From NCBI GenBank assembly GCA_963755865.1, contig CAVWLY010000027.1, positions 16,649 to 80,648 on the forward strand: DNA of 64,000 nt, read 5' to 3'. Below the pieces are notes generated by a model. It made no database searches and was not told the origin of the DNA. It was given only the letters and a program-made list of their open reading frames with translations. Below are positions 37,847-49,448 of this stretch, piece by piece (within the stretch, counting starts at the first letter, position 1; each line of letters begins with the position of its first letter). The position numbers and the translations under genes were made by a program. Source of the stretch: an uncultured Acidobacteriaceae bacterium (GTDB lineage: Bacteria; Acidobacteriota; Terriglobia; Terriglobales; Acidobacteriaceae).

Positions 37847-39019
37847 GTGAACCATCGCGGAGCCGCGCGTCTGCGTAGCGGACACTTGTGGGTCTATCGC
37901 TCCGATCTGGTGCCGCCCACAGAGGCTCCGCTGGGTGCGCTGGTTCAAGTGCGTGATGAGCGTGGGCGCAGGCTCGGATCGGCGCTCTACAGCAGTGCCT
38001 CGCAGATCGCGGTCCGCCTTCTGACTAGCGACGAAATTAGCGAAGCGCAACTACCGGCTCTCTTGCGGGAACGTATCGCCGCTGCCGTCCGTTTTCGCCA
38101 GCAGGTCCCTCGCGAAACCGATGCTTACCGCGTCATCTTCAGCGAGGCCGACCTGCTGCCCGGCCTCATCGTCGACAGGTATAACGACGTGCTCTCCATG
38201 CAGGCGCTGACCCAGGCCCTCGATCGCCAGGACCTGCGGCAACTGGTACTCGACGCGATCGCCGAATACTTTCCCCAAGCCAGCGTGGTTGAGCGCGTCG
38301 ATCCGCACATTCGCGAGCTCGAGCAATTGCCGGCGCGCGATTCGCAGATCGTTCGCGGCGAGCACTCCAGCGCCATCTTCACCATGAACGGCGTCCGCTT
38401 CCACTTCGACGGACTCGGCGGACAAAAGACCGGCGCCTTCCTCGATCAGCGTGAGAACTACGCCGCCGCTGCCCGCTATGCTCACGGAGACGCCCTCGAC
38501 TGTTTCACCTATCAGGGAGGATTTGCCCTGCACTTAGCGCGGACTTGCCAAAGCGTTACCGCCGTTGACTCATCCCGTCCGGCGCTGGAAGTCGCGGAAC
38601 AGAATGAGCAACTTAATCGCGATGCCCACCGCTGCGGCGAGATCGAATGGATCGAGGCTAACGCGTTCGATCTGCTCAAGGACTACGCAACAGCGGGCCG
38701 CCAGTACGACACCATCGTTCTTGATCCGCCGGCCTTCGCCAAGACCAAGCGCAACTTGCCCACCGCCCTGCGCGGCTATAAGGAGCTCAACCTGCGCGCT
38801 CTGAAAATGCTGCGGCCGGGAGGCACCCTGGTGACCTGCTCATGTTCGTTCCACGTGAGCGAGGCGGAGTTCCTGGATATGCTGGGTGCAGCCGCCAGCG
38901 ATGCGGGGCGGCGAATGCGAATCCTCGAGAGGCGCGGCCAGTCGGTCGACCATCCCGTCCTGTTAAACGTTCCCGAAACTGCCTATCTGAAGTGCGTTAT
39001 CTGCCAAGTGCTCCAGTGA
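37847..39019 (+). CDS. Class I SAM-dependent rRNA methyltransferase (RlmI/RlmK-like, PUA domain)
   Basis: N-terminal GHLWVYRSDL (PUA-like), GQKTGAFLDQREN and the LDPPAFAK motif. Confidence 0.85.
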   Translation: MNHRGAARLRSGHLWVYRSDLVPPTEAPLGALVQVRDERGRRLGSALYSSASQIAVRLLTSDEISEAQLPALLRERIAAAVRFRQQVPRETDAYRVIFSEADLLPGLIVDRYNDVLSMQALTQALDRQDLRQLVLDAIAEYFPQASVVERVDPHIRELEQLPARDSQIVRGEHSSAIFTMNGVRFHFDGLGGQKTGAFLDQRENYAAAARYAHGDALDCFTYQGGFALHLARTCQSVTAVDSSRPALEVAEQNEQLNRDAHRCGEIEWIEANAFDLLKDYATAGRQYDTIVLDPPAFAKTKRNLPTALRGYKELNLRALKMLRPGGTLVTCSCSFHVSEAEFLDMLGAAASDAGRRMRILERRGQSVDHPVLLNVPETAYLKCVICQVLQ

Positions 39020-39083
39020 TCTCCAGTAATAATATGTCGCAGGGGAAAAGGGAGGATCAGGAGGGCGTTAATCCATACTACGT

Positions 39084-39347
39084 TTGGAAATTTGGGGGTC
39101 TGTTGTGACGACGATTGATCTGAAGCACGTTCTTCTCTGGTGTGTTGTTCTTAACTACGTAGTTCTATTCATCTGGTTCGGAGTCTTTACCTGTGCCCAT
39201 GACTGGATGTATCGAATGCATACTCGTTGGTTTAAGCTCTCGATCGAGACCTTTGATGCCATGCATTACGCGGGCCTTTCCGTCTACAAGATCGGCATAC
39301 TCTCGCTAAACCTGGTGCCATTGATAGCGCTCTGTTTGGTTTCTTGA
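39084..39347 (+). CDS. Small membrane protein (hypothetical)
   Basis: Two TM helices. The start is uncertain (a GTG near 39105 is also possible). Confidence 0.4.
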   Translation: MEIWGSVVTTIDLKHVLLWCVVLNYVVLFIWFGVFTCAHDWMYRMHTRWFKLSIETFDAMHYAGLSVYKIGILSLNLVPLIALCLVS

Positions 39348-39644
39348 GGGAGTCGCCCGAGGCAAATATTCAGCCTGAAGGTTGAGACCCACGGGCCGTA
39401 CGCCGCCCTGGGGCGGAGGATAAATTTCTCACTTTTTGCCCGGCGCTTGACCACCCCAATCCACCCACAGGCGGCGTGGATTGAGGCCCCAGAATTCTCG
39501 AGGCTAGCAGGGCCGCCGCTGCCGCGACTGATTCGGAACCAACTCCGCCCTGCAGCATTCCTCTCTCCGATTCTGATTCATTGTAAAGTATTGTATATAA
39601 AATGCTTACTGATTTTTACGCCAGAAGATTTTCCGTGAAGATAC

Positions 39645-39673
39645 TTGACAGTAATGCGCTCATATTTTATGAT
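39645..39673 (+). promoter_or_regulatory. Sigma-70-like promoter of the hsp20 gene
   Basis: TTGACA (39645-39650), a 17-nt spacer and TATGAT (39668-39673), in an AT-rich stretch about 75 nt upstream of the ATG. Confidence 0.45.
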
Positions 39674-39747
39674 TCTTTTGAGCTGAGATATACATCAAAC
39701 TCAGTGAAGGTCAGATAGACCGCACAATTTCTTGGAGGATTTGGATC

Positions 39748-40269
39748 ATGACTGTGTTAACCCGCTGGGAACCGTTTCGTGAGTTGACCGCTTTGCAGAA
39801 CCGCATGAACCGTTTATTCGAGGAGCAGTACGGCGGAGGGCGCGAAGAGTCGTTGACCACTGGCGCTTTCGCTCCCCCAGTCGACATCTATGAAGACGAG
39901 CACAGCATCCAGTTGAAGCTGGAAGTGCCCGGCATCGACGAAAAGGACTTGGACATCCGGGTGGAAAACAACGTTCTCACTGTAAGTGGCGAGCGCAAGT
40001 TCGAGAAGGAAGAGAAGGAAGAGAACTTCCGCCGGGTGGAGCGCCGCTATGGCAGCTTCAGCCGCTCGTTCACGCTGCCGAACACGGTGAACACCGAGGA
40101 CATTCAGGCCGAGTACACCAATGGAGTATTGAACGTTCGACTGGCCAAGCGTGCCGAAGCCAAGCCGAAGCAGATCAAGGTCAATATCGGCACCCAGAAG
40201 CCGCCTGAAGGCAAGAAGCCCGAGAGTCAGACGCATAGCGCGAGCGCGACCAAAGGGCAGGTTGCCTGA
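39748..40269 (+). CDS. Hsp20/alpha-crystallin family small heat-shock protein
   Basis: VDIYEDEHSIQLKLEVPGIDEKDLDIRVENNVLTVSGERK...FSRSFTLP...GVLNVRLAK. Confidence 0.92.
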   Translation: MTVLTRWEPFRELTALQNRMNRLFEEQYGGGREESLTTGAFAPPVDIYEDEHSIQLKLEVPGIDEKDLDIRVENNVLTVSGERKFEKEEKEENFRRVERRYGSFSRSFTLPNTVNTEDIQAEYTNGVLNVRLAKRAEAKPKQIKVNIGTQKPPEGKKPESQTHSASATKGQVA

Positions 40270-40321
40270 CCCAAGTTTCGCCCACCGGTGAGATCGGAGG
40301 GAGACGAACTGGGGAGTTCAA

Positions 40322-40349
40322 GGGAGGCGAGTTTGCCTCCCTTTTGTTT
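40322..40349 (+). terminator. Rho-independent terminator after hsp20
   Basis: GGGAGGC-gagttt-GCCTCCC followed by TTTTGTTT. Confidence 0.7.
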
Positions 40350-40382
40350 ACCGAACGAACTCACCGGGGGCGAAAGCTAGAC

Positions 40383-40503
40383 AGTGGTGAGTGGTGGGTG
40401 GATAGTAGTCAAATAAGGCAGGGCGAGAGCACCCTGCCTATGGGTGGAACGTGCGAAGCGATACCAGAACACCCGTGACCTCCTTGACTATCCACTCACC
40501 ACT
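40383..40503. repeat. Heptamer-periodic inverted repeat upstream of clpB
   Basis: AGTGGTGAGTGGTGGGTGGATAGTAGTCAA at 40383-40412 pairs with TTGACTATCCACTCACCACT at 40484-40503. An inner hairpin AGGCAGGG-cgagagca-CCCTGCCT is also present. Confidence 0.65.
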
Positions 40504-40521
40504 TTTCATTGGAGTGAACCC

Positions 40522-43159
<2,638 letters not shown>

Positions 43160-43225
43160 TGCGTCGGCAGGGGCAACTTTCTATATGCGCCGCTTTTCTC
43201 CGTATTCCGCCGCTTTACTGCAGGT

Positions 43226-43277
43226 GTCACCCTGAGCGAAGGCCGCCGGGGTTTGGCTGCCGTAGTCGAAGGACCTC
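43226..43277 (+). repeat. REP-like element (GTCACCCTGAGCG...GTCGAAGGACCT family)
   Basis: GTCACCCTGAGCGAAGGCCGCCGGGGTTTGGCTGCCGTAGTCGAAGGACCTC. A related copy lies inside der at 47827-47885. Confidence 0.6.
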
Positions 43278-43351
43278 TATAGCGCTCACCCACAAGAATA
43301 CCGGCACAGTCGAAAGGCTGTGCCGTTTACATTTCTTGGGTCACAAAGGCC

Positions 43352-43624
43352 TCAGTAATGGTATCGTGCCTGCAAAAAATCAATGCGGCCCTCGCTCACG
43401 CGATAGACGAGCCGATGCTCCTGGGTGATGCGCCGCGACCAGCAACCGGCCAGCGCAAACTTCAATGGCTCCGGCTTGCCGATACCAGTGAACGGGTCAT
43501 GCATCACCGCTTCCACCAGTTCCAAAATTCGCAACGCAGCTTTGCGGTCAGTCTTGACCCAATACCTCAAGTCCTCGCGAAACTCGGGCTGGAATATCGC
43601 TTGCCGCTCAGCGGGCCGCGCCAA
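43352..43624 (-). CDS. yoeB: Txe/YoeB family toxin
   Basis: ...DPFTGIGKPEPLKFALAGCWSRRITQEHRLVYRV...ARYHY matches E. coli YoeB closely. Confidence 0.88.
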   Translation of the reverse strand: MARPAERQAIFQPEFREDLRYWVKTDRKAALRILELVEAVMHDPFTGIGKPEPLKFALAGCWSRRITQEHRLVYRVSEGRIDFLQARYHY

Positions 43625-43895
43625 GCCCCATCTCCCGACGCAGCTTGTCCACCGATTCGGCCTTGCCTTTTCCGCGCGTGGCCCTGTGCAGGGCCGTCAG
43701 CAGGCGCTGAGCATTCTTAGGTGAGCGCAGCAGGTGTGCCGTCTCCAGCAGGCTGGTCAACTCTTCGGCTGGGACCAATGCGACATCCTTGGCATGGCGG
43801 CGGCGCACAATAACAACGTCGTGATCGTTGGCAACTTGATCAAGGACGGCTGCCAGCCGTTGCCGCAAACTGGTGTAGGTGGTCTCCACAGGCAT
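43608..43895 (-). CDS. yefM: Phd/YefM family antitoxin
   Basis: TTYTSLRQRLAAVLDQVANDHDVVIVRRRHAKDVALVPAEELTSLLETAHLLRSPKNAQRLL. It overlaps the yoeB start by 17 nt. Confidence 0.88.
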   Translation of the reverse strand: MPVETTYTSLRQRLAAVLDQVANDHDVVIVRRRHAKDVALVPAEELTSLLETAHLLRSPKNAQRLLTALHRATRGKGKAESVDKLRREMGLGAAR

Positions 43896-44057
43896 GTTAT
43901 TGGCTCTCTGGTAAGCGTACAGCTTTCCTGTACGTACGTCAAACCCTTGAGTAACTCGGGGCGAAAGCGCTTCGCTGTAGTTAATGTAAGTGTATTAAGC
44001 GCCCCCCGGCCTGTGCTACCATCGCGCTTCAATCTTCTTATTCCTTCAGGAGCTCTC

Positions 44058-44621
44058 ATGCGGAAAACCGTTCTATCGCTTGCCGTCGTTATGTTCGTGG
44101 CGCTATCGATGCTCAATCTGCACGCCGCCAGCCTGGCTGGTGTAACGCTGCCAGACACGGCACAGGTCGGGAACACCAAGCTGGTGCTCAATGGCCTGGG
44201 GCTGCGGACCGATTTCATGGTCAAGGTCTATGTCGCCGGACTCTACCTTGAGCAGAAGTCGTCGGATCCCGACGCCATCATCAAGGCCAACGCGCCCAAT
44301 CGAATTGTCATGCAGTTCCTGCATGGCGCCAGCAAAAGCCAAATGACGAATGCCTTCAAGGAGTCGTTCAACGACAATACGCCCGACGCCATGAAGACGA
44401 TGCAACCCGACATCGACCGCTTGTTCGGCGCGCTCGACGCCGTCAAGCCGGGCGACCAGATGATCTTCACCTACGTCCCCGGCACCGGTACCACCTTTGC
44501 CATCAACGGCCAGGACAAGCTCACCATCGCCGGTTCGGCCTTCAACCCGGTGATCTTGTCGGTATGGCTCGGACCGAAGCCGCCCACCGCCAACGTGAAA
44601 AAGGGAATGCTCGGGAAGTAG
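44058..44621 (+). CDS. Secreted chalcone-isomerase-like family protein
   Basis: AGGAG RBS, a signal peptide, and LVLNGLGLRTDFMVKVYVAGLYLEQKS, typical of the bacterial chalcone isomerase-like fold family. Confidence 0.7.
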   Translation: MRKTVLSLAVVMFVALSMLNLHAASLAGVTLPDTAQVGNTKLVLNGLGLRTDFMVKVYVAGLYLEQKSSDPDAIIKANAPNRIVMQFLHGASKSQMTNAFKESFNDNTPDAMKTMQPDIDRLFGALDAVKPGDQMIFTYVPGTGTTFAINGQDKLTIAGSAFNPVILSVWLGPKPPTANVKKGMLGK

Positions 44622-44808
44622 CGCCTGCCGTAGAGTTTTCGTTTTACTGACCACCGGCAACGCGCGTCTGACGACTGTTCCTCCGTGCTCATACAGGCTT
44701 CCTTTGCCTGGCTGAGTTCTTCATTCTCCTAACCACTGGCGCCTGGCAACTGTTCACTGTCACCGCTTCTGTGCGAAACTCGGGCGGGTACGAAGCAAGG
44801 GCGATCCC

Positions 44809-46236
44809 ATGCCAGCGACAGAGGAACGTCTCAGCAAGGCCACAATTCTCGGCATGATCGCCATGGGCGTCGCCGTTCTGGTGGTGGCCAACGACTTCAC
44901 CGCGCTCTCGGTTGCACTGCCCGCCATCGAGAGGACCCTGCACACCGATGTCACCACCGTGCAGTGGGTGATCAATGGCTACGCCATGGTCTTCGGCGTC
45001 CTCATCGTGACCGGCGGGCGATTGGCCGACATGTTCGGGCGACAGGCGCATCTTCTTCGCCGGTGCGGCAATCTTCGCTGGCTTCTCCGTAATCGGCGGA
45101 TTCGCGCCGAACGTCTGGGTGCTTCTCGCTTGCCGCTTCCTCATGGGCGTCGGCGGCGCCATGATGTGGCCCGCCATCCTGGGCATGACCTACGGCCTGT
45201 TGCCGCCAGGTAAGGCCGGACTGGCCGGCGGCATCATTCTTGGCGCTGCCGGATTCGGCAATGCGGTTGGCCCGCTGCTGGGCGGCGTGCTGACCGATAC
45301 CGTCGGATGGCGATGGATCTTCTTCGTCAATCTGCCGGTTGCTGCAGCCGCGGCCGTCCTGATCACGTGTCATGGTCGTGCCGGCATGACACAGCGCGCA
45401 AGGGCGACGGGAAGAATCGATTATTCCGGAACGGCCGCGCTTTCCGTTGGACTGTTGGCGTTGCTGCTCGCGCTCGATTGGGCCCTCGACCTCGGCTGGA
45501 CGGCGCCGCTGATCATCTTTCTGTTCGCCCTGGGCGGCGGTGGCGTTAGGCGGCTTCTTGTTCATCGAGCGCCGAGCCGGCGAAAGCGCTCTGGTCCCCG
45601 AAACCGTTCTGCAGAACCGGGGCTTTGTCGCAGCGGGTATGGCCACGCTGTTGGCCTCGGCGATCTTCTTCGCCGCGCTGCTTTACCTGCCGCAGTTCAT
45701 GTCGAAGGTGCTCGGCTTCAGCGCCATGGGCTCGGGCGCCGGGCTGCTGCCCATGATGGGTACCTTCATGGTGACCTCATTCGTCGCGGGACGGCTCTAC
45801 GAGCGTCTCGGACCGAAGCTCATCGTCACGCTGGGCGCTCTGCTTCTCGGAGCCGGCATGATTCTTCTGTCGGCGATCTCGGCGAAGACGACTTACGACC
45901 ATCTCATCTTCGGAATGGTCGTACTCGGCATCGGCGTCGGATTGTTCTATTCGTCCGTCACCACGGCGGCGATCACCGCGCTCGATCCATCCCAGGCCAG
46001 CCTGGCCGGCGCCATCGTCTATATGTTCCAGATCGCCGGTGGATCGATCGGCGTCGGCTTCAATACCGCCATTGTCGTCTCTGCATCGTCGATGCCGCGC
46101 GGGAATTCATACTGCATTTCTGGTGGATGGCATCTTGGCCATCGGTAGCGCAGCGGTGGCAATTCTCTTCGTCGGAGGCACGGTCGATCGCGAGCGCCTG
46201 CGCGCCTTACGACACCACCATCGCGCCCACGCGTAA
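44809..46236 (+). pseudogene. MFS transporter (DHA2/EmrB-like, 14-TM type), split over at least four frame segments
   Basis: ...WVINGYAMVFGVLIVTGGRLADMFG / RRIFFAGAAIFAGFSVIGGFAPNVWVLLACRFLMGVGGAMMWPA... / LGGFLFIERRAGESALVP...LIFGMVVLGIGVGLFYSSVTTAAI... / ...DGILAIGSAAVAILFV. Breaks lie near 45036, 45540 and 46100. Confidence 0.75.
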
Positions 46237-46463
46237 GCCGGGTGCTCCCCTATTGGTTTAGCTCGCATGGGAACTTTGTTCGCAGCTAAGAGATTCTGCT
46301 GCGCCCTCGACCTTGTCCGCTTCCGGAGTCTTGCTATCACCGCCCGACGTGACCTCGCGCACTGACAAAATATTTTGAGCGACTATCGTTCACTTGTCTT
46401 GAAAATGGGGGTTCTCTGCCCACCGTCCACCTCCCAACGATCAGTTTCCCAAGAGGAGATGTC

Positions 46464-46880
46464 ATGATGAAGACGAGACTCGTGTTAGCGGCCTTGATGG
46501 CGCTGCTTGCGCTACCTGCGTTCGGCAAGACCTACAAGAACACCTATCCTGATCCTTGCAGCGAGGTATGGAGCGCGGTCAAAGACACGCTTAGCAATCC
46601 GGATAGCTACACCGTCGTGGAGAACAACGACGCTCAGATGACGGCTTCCTACGATGTGAAGCACTCCGCCCACGTCAACATTAGCGGAACCCTCCTGCAG
46701 CGCACAAATAAGGTCACGCTGGTCTCGAAGGGTACCGGATGTGAGATGCAGGTGGTGTCGAACTATAGCGGATGGGAGCACAACGACAAAGGTGACTTCA
46801 GGACTCGCGTGGATGAAGCTTTGGCCAAACTGAAGGCCGCCACCCCGCCGCCCGCGAAACCGGCGGAAGCAGCCAAATAG
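46464..46880 (+). CDS. Secreted hypothetical protein
   Basis: Signal peptide MMKTRLVLAALMALLALPAFG and a Pro/Ala-rich tail. No family recognised. Confidence 0.55.
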   Translation: MMKTRLVLAALMALLALPAFGKTYKNTYPDPCSEVWSAVKDTLSNPDSYTVVENNDAQMTASYDVKHSAHVNISGTLLQRTNKVTLVSKGTGCEMQVVSNYSGWEHNDKGDFRTRVDEALAKLKAATPPPAKPAEAAK

Positions 46881-46947
46881 GTCAGCCTTATTGGGTTCCT
46901 CAGACCGACGCACCATCAGACGCTTGGCGACTCGCAATGACCGGGAA

Positions 46948-48477
46948 TTATCTGCGCGGCTCATTCTTCGCGCGGTTCTTGATCCAGATCGGTGTGCCCA
47001 CAAATCCGAACGCCGCGCGAATCTGGTTCTCCAGGAATCGCTGATACGAGAAGTGCAGCTTCACCGCCCGATCGGTGAACAGGATAAATGTGGGCGGTGA
47101 AACCCCGGCCTGCGTCATGTAGAGAATCTTCACCCGTTTGGCCATCGGGACCGACGCCCGCTCAAAATCAACCTTGGCGAGGAAGCGGTTCATCTCTCCG
47201 GTGCCGATGCGCTTGCGCCGCTCGCGCGCCACCAGTTCCAGAGTGGAAAACACCTTGTCGAGATTTCGTCCCGTCGTCGCCGAAATGAACAGCACCGGGG
47301 CATACGACAGAAACTTCAGATGCCGCCGAACCTGCTCCTCGTAAACGCTGCGATCGGCGGGAGGCTTGCCGTCGGTCCGCTTATCCGTCACCAAATCCCA
47401 TTTGTTGATGACGATGATCACCGACCGCCCGCTCTCATGCGCGTAACCGGCGATGGTGGCATCGCTGGCGGTGACGCCCTCCACCGCGTCGATCAGCATC
47501 AGCGCCACGTCGGCGCCTTCCAGATGCTTGCGTGCCATCACCACCGACAGTTTCTCGGCCATCAATTCTGTCTTGCCCTTGCGGCGGATACCGGCAGTAT
47601 CGATGAAGCGATACTCGAGTCCGTCGCGCTCGATGAGTTCGTCCACCGCATCGCGGGTGGTGCCCGCAATCGGCGAAACTATTGCACGGGACGTACCGGT
47701 CAGTGCGTTCAGCAGTGTGGATTTGCCGACGTTGGGCCGGCCAATGATGGCGACGCGAGTCTCGCGGGGGACATCAGCTTCCTGTTCTTCCGTCCCCTCA
47801 GCCTTATCTGTCACCTCGATTTCATCGGTCACCCCGAGCGTAGCTCGGTCGCGGGCGGCGACCGCACGGAGTCGAGGGACCTGCTGTTCTTCGTTGCCAG
47901 TCGCAGAGGTTGGCGCGTCCGCCTGCTCCGGCATCACGCTCAACACATGCTCCAACAGTTCCGCAATGCCGTTGCCGTTCTCGGCTGAGATAGGAAACAG
48001 CTCCCGAATCCCAAGGCGCCGGAATTCCTCGGCGTAAGGTTCGAGCTGCGGCGTGTCGGCCTTATTAACGGCCAGCAGCAGAGGCTTCCCCGTGCGCAGC
48101 AGCAAGCGCGCGAGATCAATATCGGGAGAAGCCAATTCGGTGCGCCCATCCACCACCAGAACAATCACGTCGGCCTCTTCCAGCGCCACCCGGGCTTGCC
48201 GGAAGATCTCCGCCGGAATTAATGCCTGGTCATCGGGAACGATACCGCCGGTATCGACCACGCGAAACTTTTTGCCCACCCACTCGACATCGCCGTAGAT
48301 GCGATCGCGGGTGATACCAGGCTCGTCGCCAACGATGGCGCGGCGCGAGCCGACCAGGCGATTGAATAGCGTTGACTTGCCGACGTTAGGACGACCGACG
48401 ATGGCCAGCGTCCCGACTGTAGGCGGTTCGCCCTGTTCGGTGGTCCGGCTGGACTCAAATTGCATGCGACGATTCAT
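46948..48477 (-). CDS. der: Ribosome-associated GTPase Der (EngA) with an enlarged inter-domain linker
   Basis: Two G domains (IVGRPNVGKSTLFNRL and IIGRPNVGKSTLLNAL) and a KH-like C-terminal domain. About 55 extra residues sit between the G domains. Confidence 0.95.
   Translation of the reverse strand: MNRRMQFESSRTTEQGEPPTVGTLAIVGRPNVGKSTLFNRLVGSRRAIVGDEPGITRDRIYGDVEWVGKKFRVVDTGGIVPDDQALIPAEIFRQARVALEEADVIVLVVDGRTELASPDIDLARLLLRTGKPLLLAVNKADTPQLEPYAEEFRRLGIRELFPISAENGNGIAELLEHVLSVMPEQADAPTSATGNEEQQVPRLRAVAARDRATLGVTDEIEVTDKAEGTEEQEADVPRETRVAIIGRPNVGKSTLLNALTGTSRAIVSPIAGTTRDAVDELIERDGLEYRFIDTAGIRRKGKTELMAEKLSVVMARKHLEGADVALMLIDAVEGVTASDATIAGYAHESGRSVIIVINKWDLVTDKRTDGKPPADRSVYEEQVRRHLKFLSYAPVLFISATTGRNLDKVFSTLELVARERRKRIGTGEMNRFLAKVDFERASVPMAKRVKILYMTQAGVSPPTFILFTDRAVKLHFSYQRFLENQIRAAFGFVGTPIWIKNRAKNEPRR
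47827..47885 (+). repeat. REP-like element translated (opposite strand) inside the der linker
   Basis: GGTCACCCCGAGCGTAGCTCGGTCGCGGGCGGCGACCGCACGGAGTCGAGGGACCTGC has the same ends as 43226-43277. It encodes VPRLRAVAARDRATLGVTD in Der. Confidence 0.55.
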
Positions 48478-48484
48478 TTGGCTC

Positions 48485-48520
48485 TTGACATGTTCTAAGC
48501 AATTAGTTACATTTTAGAAC
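48485..48520 (+). promoter_or_regulatory. Promoter with an overlapping inverted repeat (candidate TA operator)
   Basis: TTGACA (48485-48490), a 17-nt spacer and TACATT (48508-48513). GTTCTAA (48492-48498) and TTAGAAC (48514-48520) bracket the -10. AGGAGG RBS at 48523. Confidence 0.5.
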
Positions 48521-48536
48521 TTAGGAGGTTAATACC

Positions 48537-49025
48537 ATGAATATTTTGGTTGCGGACGAGGCTTGGTTAGCCACAGCTCTGTTGCATCGAGAGCATCCCG
48601 AATCCGAGGACTTCAGCCTGGACGACATCCGCGCCCGCGCCCGCAAGGAGTTTCACGACGACCGTCCCGGGGTTTGGCAGCACATCGTAAGCCACTGCGT
48701 CGCCTCGAACCGCCCGAACCCAGCTCAGTATCGCATGTTACATGGCAGTGCGCGCGGACGCCGGCGGCTTTATCGGCCCGGCGATCCTGTGCATCCGGAG
48801 CGCAAGGGAAAGATTTATCCAGAAAAGAGAGCCATTCCCGAGCGTTACCATGGTCTGTTGGATTGGTATCTCAGCGATTATAGCCGCCGTCGCACCGGCG
48901 CTTGCGGATCCAGCGACCCGGCAGTCTTGCTGAAGTTTGTAGGACTGATTCCCGCCTACGATCTGCAGAAGATTTCGGAAGCCATCAGTTCCGGCTGCGA
49001 ACGGATCGATTCAAATGAGTGGTAG
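48537..49025 (+). CDS. Putative two-domain antitoxin of the downstream PIN toxin (162 aa)
   Basis: It overlaps the vapC start by 11 nt. The C-terminal ...LLKFVGLIPAYDLQKISEAISSGCERIDSNEW resembles the short PIN-partner antitoxin tail (...I.EGCE.ID..EW). I do not recognise the N-terminal roughly 125 aa. Confidence 0.55.
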   Translation: MNILVADEAWLATALLHREHPESEDFSLDDIRARARKEFHDDRPGVWQHIVSHCVASNRPNPAQYRMLHGSARGRRRLYRPGDPVHPERKGKIYPEKRAIPERYHGLLDWYLSDYSRRRTGACGSSDPAVLLKFVGLIPAYDLQKISEAISSGCERIDSNEW

Positions 49026-49410
49026 AGCCCTGTTGGACACCAACGTTGTCATTGCGCTCTTCGCCGGAGACCCCGCCGTGGTCGAGGGCCTCGAACGCAA
49101 GACCGCCGTATTCCTGTGTGTGCCCGTCATCGGAGAACTGCGTTACGGCGCCCTCGCGTCGACACGAGTCGAGCAAAACCTCGCCCGCCTGGATGAATTA
49201 AGCCACGCGATCGAGGTTTTGCTCTGCGACGCGGAGACAGCCCAGTTCTATGCGGAGTTGAAATTTAAGCTTCGCACAAAGGGACGTCCCATCCCGGAGA
49301 ATGACGTGTGGATTGCTGCGATAGCTAGCCAGCACGGGCTCACGCTGCTTTCCCGGGATTCGCACTTTCGGGGGATTGCGGGGCTGGACCTCGAGCTCGT
49401 GCGACCCTGA
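49015..49410 (+). CDS. vapC: PIN-domain toxin VapC
   Basis: ALLDTNVVIALF, GELRYGA, ENDVWIAAIA, SRDSHF. Confidence 0.85.
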   Translation: MSGRALLDTNVVIALFAGDPAVVEGLERKTAVFLCVPVIGELRYGALASTRVEQNLARLDELSHAIEVLLCDAETAQFYAELKFKLRTKGRPIPENDVWIAAIASQHGLTLLSRDSHFRGIAGLDLELVRP

Positions 49411-49448
49411 GCGTCGTCTCCGTTGCATTGCTAGTAACATCAAACCTA

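Noticed and set aside
39674-39747. Heat-shock operator or RNA thermometer in the hsp20 leader (CIRCE, HAIR, ROSE or fourU).
   Set aside because: There is no TTAGCACTC-N9-GAGTGCTAA and no CTTGAGT-N7-ACTCAAG. Only a 5-bp CTGAG/CTCAG complementarity is present, and I could not fold a convincing anti-SD pairing by eye.
40383-40503. DnaA-box-like strings (GGTGGATAG and CTATCCACT) and a possible oriC, given the nearby parS, soj, mnmG and rsmG.
   Set aside because: The matches belong to the two arms of a heptamer hairpin. They are imperfect versions of TTATCCACA. I saw no cluster of boxes or an adjacent AT-rich unwinding element anywhere in the window.
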